Origin: the human T2T-CHM13v2.0 reference genome, Homo sapiens
DNA length: 64,000 nucleotides
Assembly: GCF_009914755.1 (NCBI RefSeq)
Contig: NC_060936.1
Direction: 5' to 3' (one strand)
Position 1 is the first letter of the stretch, and each line of letters starts with the position of its first letter. The position numbers and the translations under genes are program-made. Shown piece by piece: positions 62,423-64,000 of this stretch. The notes under the pieces are model-generated. The model made no database searches, was not told where the DNA came from, and was given only the letters and a program-made list of their open reading frames with translations.

Positions 62423-63617
62423 CACCTGCGCAACAAAGTGGACATCATCCCTACTCAGGGTTTAGAAACGAAAAGCACAGAAGCAGAAACATAGCATATG
62501 GTGAGTAGACCAGTTTGATTATGCACACTAAGAGTGTAATTAAGAATGGGAGTTATAATAAAGTCTGAAACTTCTGTCATTTATTTTCAGAGGAGCAGGC
62601 TACTGGTTGGCAAATTCAGATCCATCAGGAAAACTCGTAATAATGCATATGTTCATCACTTCCTGAAAACGCTGCACGTACAAAAAGTCATAATTCTTGG
62701 GCTAAAAATTTAGAATTCTGAGCATTTATCATGTGGGTCAGGAAAACTGGCCCCTGTTCCTCTGCCTCCCTTCACCTGGCATCACCCTAGCCTCAGTTAC
62801 AATTTGGTCCCTCAGTACCTTCAACTGATTCTGAAAATGCCTGACGTGTTCAAAGGAGTTACTCCTGCATTCCTCCTTAGTTAAAGGAGATCAAAGGAGA
62901 TCAAATATACAGGATGCCAATGTCTCAAATGAAGACTACACAATGATGTAGCCAGAAGAATTAAGAGAGCTCTGAAACATGTAATGCTTGAATTTTATAG
63001 CAAGTCAAAGCACAAATACAGAACTCTTGGTTCTGCATCATCTATAGAGCATACCTTGTATTGTACTTCAAACACTGAGCCATGTTCAAACTTACCAGTG
63101 TAATATTCCTCAAAGGAAGAATCCTCTAGTTTGAAATGTACTTAATGATTTCATCAATTTTTACTGGGTATTTTTAGCACCACGTGTTTCTAAGGGATGG
63201 GGAAAAGGGTGAGCCTTTCCACTCTTAAAGTGTCCTTTGGTAACTTACCTTTTTGAACCTACAAAACATGCTTGAAATGATCAAGGAATAATGCACGACA
63301 GTACATATTCATTCTACTACCTGAGCATACTCGTGTTCAAGTCAGTAGTATATGCTCTCAGAGAAGGGGTAAATGGAGGGCTGCAGGTAAAGTTGCAAAC
63401 GTAAAAGTATATACAATCCCAATTTTTCTATTTTCACATATTGTTAAGAGAGATCATAATGTCTTGTTTCTTTCACTGAAGAATTCCAGTTGAGTGTGAT
63501 ATTTCAATCGTGAAATTAAAGCCCAGAAATATTATTTATTCAAGAACACAACAAATCATTAGCAGAAAAAAGTTATTTGAAAGAGGTGAACTATTTTCTG
63601 ATATAAAGCTTAAATTC

Positions 63618-63785
63618 TAAAATACAAAAATTAGCCGGGCGTGGTGGCATGCACCTGTAATCCCAGCTACTCAGGAGGCTGAAGCAGGACAATTGCTTGA
63701 ACCCAAGAGGCGGAGGTTGCAGTGAGCCACCAGTCTCCAGCCTGGGTGACAGAGCAGGACCCTGTCGCCAAAAAAAAAAAAAAAG
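63618..63785 (+). mobile_element. Alu right arm (5'-truncated)
   Basis: Starts at the linker ctaaaatacaaaaattagccgggc. Confidence 0.88.
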
Positions 63786-64000
63786 AAGTAGAAATGAAGG
63801 TGTGGAGATGACATGCTACACTGAAACTGATGTTTTAAATCACAGAGACAAATCCCAAAATTTACCAGCCAACAGCCCAATTCCCTTTTAGTGATAAGTA
63901 CCTCCTATATATGTAGTCATTTTTTTAAAATCTCAGTTAACATGGACATACTTTTAGCCAACTGTTTTCAATTATATATACTGCGATGTCCGTTTATTTT

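Overview
Human (primate) genomic DNA, AT-rich and Alu-dense. It lies inside MED13L (Mediator kinase-module subunit, chr12q24.21), which is transcribed from the - strand. The only canonical coding sequence is one 146-nt exon at 1457-1602 (exon 5 of the canonical transcript, from recall). Bases 1-1456 are the downstream intron and 1603-64000 are part of the very long upstream intron. The rest is about 35 Alus, old L1/L2/MIR fragments, an MST LTR, Tigger/hAT/mariner DNA-transposon relics, a U6 retrocopy and microsatellites. Nearly all other ORFs in the track are Alu/L1/low-complexity artefacts. I see no CRISPR, prokaryotic or otherwise exotic system. The most interesting unexplained signal is a set of splice-like elements on the MED13L strand: an in-frame 78-nt alternative donor, two AG|GT recursive-splice-like junctions, and a candidate poison (micro)exon cluster near 63.1-63.4 kb. 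Also notable are a CTCF-like site and a near-perfect young AluYc1-type insertion. Repeat boundaries and subfamily calls were made by eye and are approximate.
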